The notes under the pieces are model-generated. The model ran no database searches, was not told where the DNA came from, and saw nothing but the letters and a program-made list of their open reading frames with translations. From assembly GCA_043228905.1 (NCBI GenBank), contig JBHGNT010000006.1:17174001-17238000 (forward strand): a stretch of 64,000 bases of DNA, written 5' to 3'. The position numbers and the translations under genes are program-made. Below, piece by piece: positions 62,501-64,000 of the stretch. Position 1 is the first letter of the stretch. Each line of letters starts with the position of its first letter. This DNA comes from Azolla caroliniana. Lineage: Eukaryota; Plantae; Polypodiophyta.

Positions 62501-63661
62501 AAAGGAAAGGAGCACCTGGTATGCCGGTTGAAGAAGAGCCTCTACGGTCTGAAGCAGGCTCCCCGGCAATGGTACCGGAAGTTCGACTCCTTCATGACAG
62601 ACGAAGGGTACCACAAAACGCAGACCGATCACTGCGTGTTTGTGAAGAAGTTCGAAGGAGGAGACTTTCTAATACTCCTCCTGTACGTGGACGACATGTT
62701 GATCGTCGGACGGGACCAGGTCAAGATACGGATGCTGAAGAAGGCTCTTCACCGAACCTTCTCAATGAAGGACCTGGGTCCGGCGAGGCAAATATTAGGG
62801 ATGCACATCATCCGGGACCGGAAGAAGAAGCAGTTGTGGTTGTCACAGGAGAAGTACGTGACAAAGGTGCTTCACCGGTTCAACATGTCGGAAGCAAGGC
62901 CGGTCGGATCGACCCTCCCGGCAAACTGCAAGCTGTCCAGGAAGCAAAGCCCCAAGACAAAGGCTGAGAAGGAGGACATGATGAAAGTACCATATGCCTC
63001 TGCCGTCGGGAGCTTGATGTACGCGATGGTGTGTACCCGACCGGACATAGGATATGCAGTCGGAGTGGTGAGCCGGTACATGAGCAATCCCGGCAAAGAG
63101 CATTGGAACGCGGTCAAATGGATACTCCGATACCTGAAGGGCACGGCAAACATGTGCCTCCGATTCGGCTCCGGTAAGCCCGAACTCGATGGATTTACCG
63201 ATTCGGATATGTCGGCTGATGCAGATACCAGCCGGTCCACATCAGGGTATGTGATGACGTATGCAGGGGGAGCTGTTTCATGGCAGTCGAGGCTGCAGAA
63301 GACGGTTGCACTGTCAACCACGGAGGCGGAGTACATGGCGGCTGTTGAAGCCGGCAAGGAAATAATATGGATGAAGGACTTCATTAGAGAGCTCGGTATC
63401 CGGCAGGAGGAGTACCGACTCTACTGCGACAGTCAGAGTCCCATCCACCTTGCGAAGAACGCGGCCTATCACTCCCGGACGAAGCACATCCAGCGAAGAT
63501 ATCACTGGATCCGGGAAAGGATAGAAGACAAGGAGTTCGTGCTGACGAAGATCCACACGGACGAGAACGGGTCGGATATGCTGACTAAGGTACTTACACC
63601 CGACAAGCTGGAAGCATGCCGGAAGAGGATCGGATTGGAGAGACATCCCATGCCGAAGTGA
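59588..63661 (+). CDS. Copia gag-PR-INT-RT-RNase H polyprotein (1357 aa from the first ATG)
   Basis: Uninterrupted ORF: CFHCGKPGHFRKNC, WVVDSGAS, LWHKRLCH, VHTDV/ADNGGEY/NGLAER, LLYVDDML, FTDSD..TEAEY..YCDSQS..SDMLTK. Confidence 0.97.
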   Translation: MEGGNSGQPGMMVLNAQNYADWKIKMEDLLIVRDLYEPIDRSEIPKGVLEMEWRLLNRKAVATIRQYVDVSVLQHVANDTNAYEMWRKLSGLYERKNALNRTSLMRKIVNLKYRDGESMVEHVSTFMGFVNQLAAIKFPLEDAMQAIILMCTLPESWENLVVTLSTSSTEDNLSLQTVKTSILNEEARRRDKEPASDPKALLTESERGRHWNRSPQRREKSGTRSQSRGRPTCFHCGKPGHFRKNCRHYRKDNGADDTDSKKSPERNGAYRGATDRRGPDRRGQDRKGTTALAASEEEIMLITEERELNLAGEEMTWVVDSGASFHLTPEKKYFSSYIAGEHGCVRMGNEGTCRIAGIGDVWLMTSTGCKMLLKDVRHVPEVRLNLISAGRLDDEGYTGSIRNGVMKFSKGSLIVARARKINTLYLMNSRLCPEELNVAADTAGELWHKRLCHMSEKGMKRLAEDNLIPVKHVHLEKCTDCLAGKQNRTSFHSRPPMRRSAPLELVHTDVCQVETKSHGGAQYFVTFIDDHSRKLWTAPLITKDQVLSVFKELHARVERESGKKLKAIRADNGGEYRGQFEEYCRSKGIRLEFTVPKTPELNGLAERMNRTIMERVRSMLAHAKLPKGFWAEAMSTATYVINRSPSVPLDGDTPQKVWTGKEVSYRHLKVFGCLAYVHVAKDRRGKLDPKTRPCILLGYGDDEFGYRVWDPVDKKIFRSRDIIFMEDKTLADWESEKKMKSSKSTGEDQLYKEQSRPARDRLALEDPAEDGEETEPAEEDENDTGTGPDPEMDSDEEESEEPVTEAPERRYPLRERRAPRRFPEPEHVLLTDEGEPENFEEAELDTHSRRWLSAMQEEMDSLHENHTYELVELPKGKRALRNKWVFKLKPGDAGNPPRYKARIVVKGFQQKKGVDFDEIFAPVVKMTSIRTVLSIAASMDLEVEQMDVKTAFLHGDLEEEIYMQQPEGFEKKGKEHLVCRLKKSLYGLKQAPRQWYRKFDSFMTDEGYHKTQTDHCVFVKKFEGGDFLILLLYVDDMLIVGRDQVKIRMLKKALHRTFSMKDLGPARQILGMHIIRDRKKKQLWLSQEKYVTKVLHRFNMSEARPVGSTLPANCKLSRKQSPKTKAEKEDMMKVPYASAVGSLMYAMVCTRPDIGYAVGVVSRYMSNPGKEHWNAVKWILRYLKGTANMCLRFGSGKPELDGFTDSDMSADADTSRSTSGYVMTYAGGAVSWQSRLQKTVALSTTEAEYMAAVEAGKEIIWMKDFIRELGIRQEEYRLYCDSQSPIHLAKNAAYHSRTKHIQRRYHWIRERIEDKEFVLTKIHTDENGSDMLTKVLTPDKLEACRKRIGLERHPMPK

Positions 63662-63671
63662 AGGGGGAGTT

Positions 63672-64000
63672 TGTTGGGATTTACGGTCCCTCCGGATGGG
63701 ATGTCCGGAGATGAATGACGGCAAGCCCGGTTGCGGTTACGGAACCGGAGGATGAAGAGTACCCGGCATGAAGCCGGATGAAGAGTACCCGGCTACGGAG
63801 CCGGATGATGAAGACCCGGCTACGAAGCCGGATGATGAAGACCCGGCTACGGAGCCGGATGACGAAGACCCGGCTACGGAACCGGATGACGAAGACCCGG
63901 CTACGGAGCCGGATGATGTATGTACCCGGAGAGAGATCCGGATGCGGGGACATATTTGTGAATATGTTTGCCAAGGGCCCTTGTGGCTATATTTGTAAAT
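63672..64000 (+). repeat. 3' LTR of M (partial)
   Basis: Near-identical to 58824 onward. Confidence 0.95.

Larger units (their letters stand above)
58824..64000 (+). mobile_element. Copia element M (Tnt1/Tto1-like), apparently intact and young; 3' LTR runs off the window
   Basis: 5' LTR 58824-59556, PBS TGGTATCAGAGC 59560-71, single intact ORF, PPT GAAGGGGGAG, 3' LTR from 63672. Confidence 0.97.

Noticed and set aside
61120-63384. Antisense ORFs over pol regions (here and throughout the window)
   Set aside because: Shadow ORFs of GC-rich coding sequence with no independent motifs.

Overview
The whole window is a nest of plant LTR retrotransposons. I find no host genes, rRNA/tRNA genes or CRISPR arrays. 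The element types suggest a non-seed land plant such as a moss, but that is inference only. I resolve 14 elements or fragments (my labels) from TG..CA LTR ends, PBS/PPT motifs, target-site duplications (TSDs) and gag/PR/RT/RH/INT motifs. Copia family A: A0, A2, I, K. Tnt1/Tto1-like Copia: J, L, M; M (58824->64000) has an intact polyprotein and near-identical LTRs. tRNA-Trp-primed Gypsy with 4-bp TSDs: B, C, D, plus related solo LTR H. Non-chromovirus Gypsy: F and its deletion derivative E (tRNA-Arg-type motifs, ~1000-codon extra ORF) and their relative G. Inferred nesting is G>A0>B>C>E, G>F, G>J>K>L>M and I>D. Two signals stand out. (1) Family E/F has no polypurine tract; in its place is a sense-strand mimic of a tRNA-Arg 3' half ending in CCA, complementary to the element's own PBS. 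(2) Families B/C/D conserve a slippery heptamer plus H-type pseudoknot with covarying bases at the protease/RT junction, predicting a -1 ribosomal frameshift. Coordinates were read by eye and may be off by a few bases.
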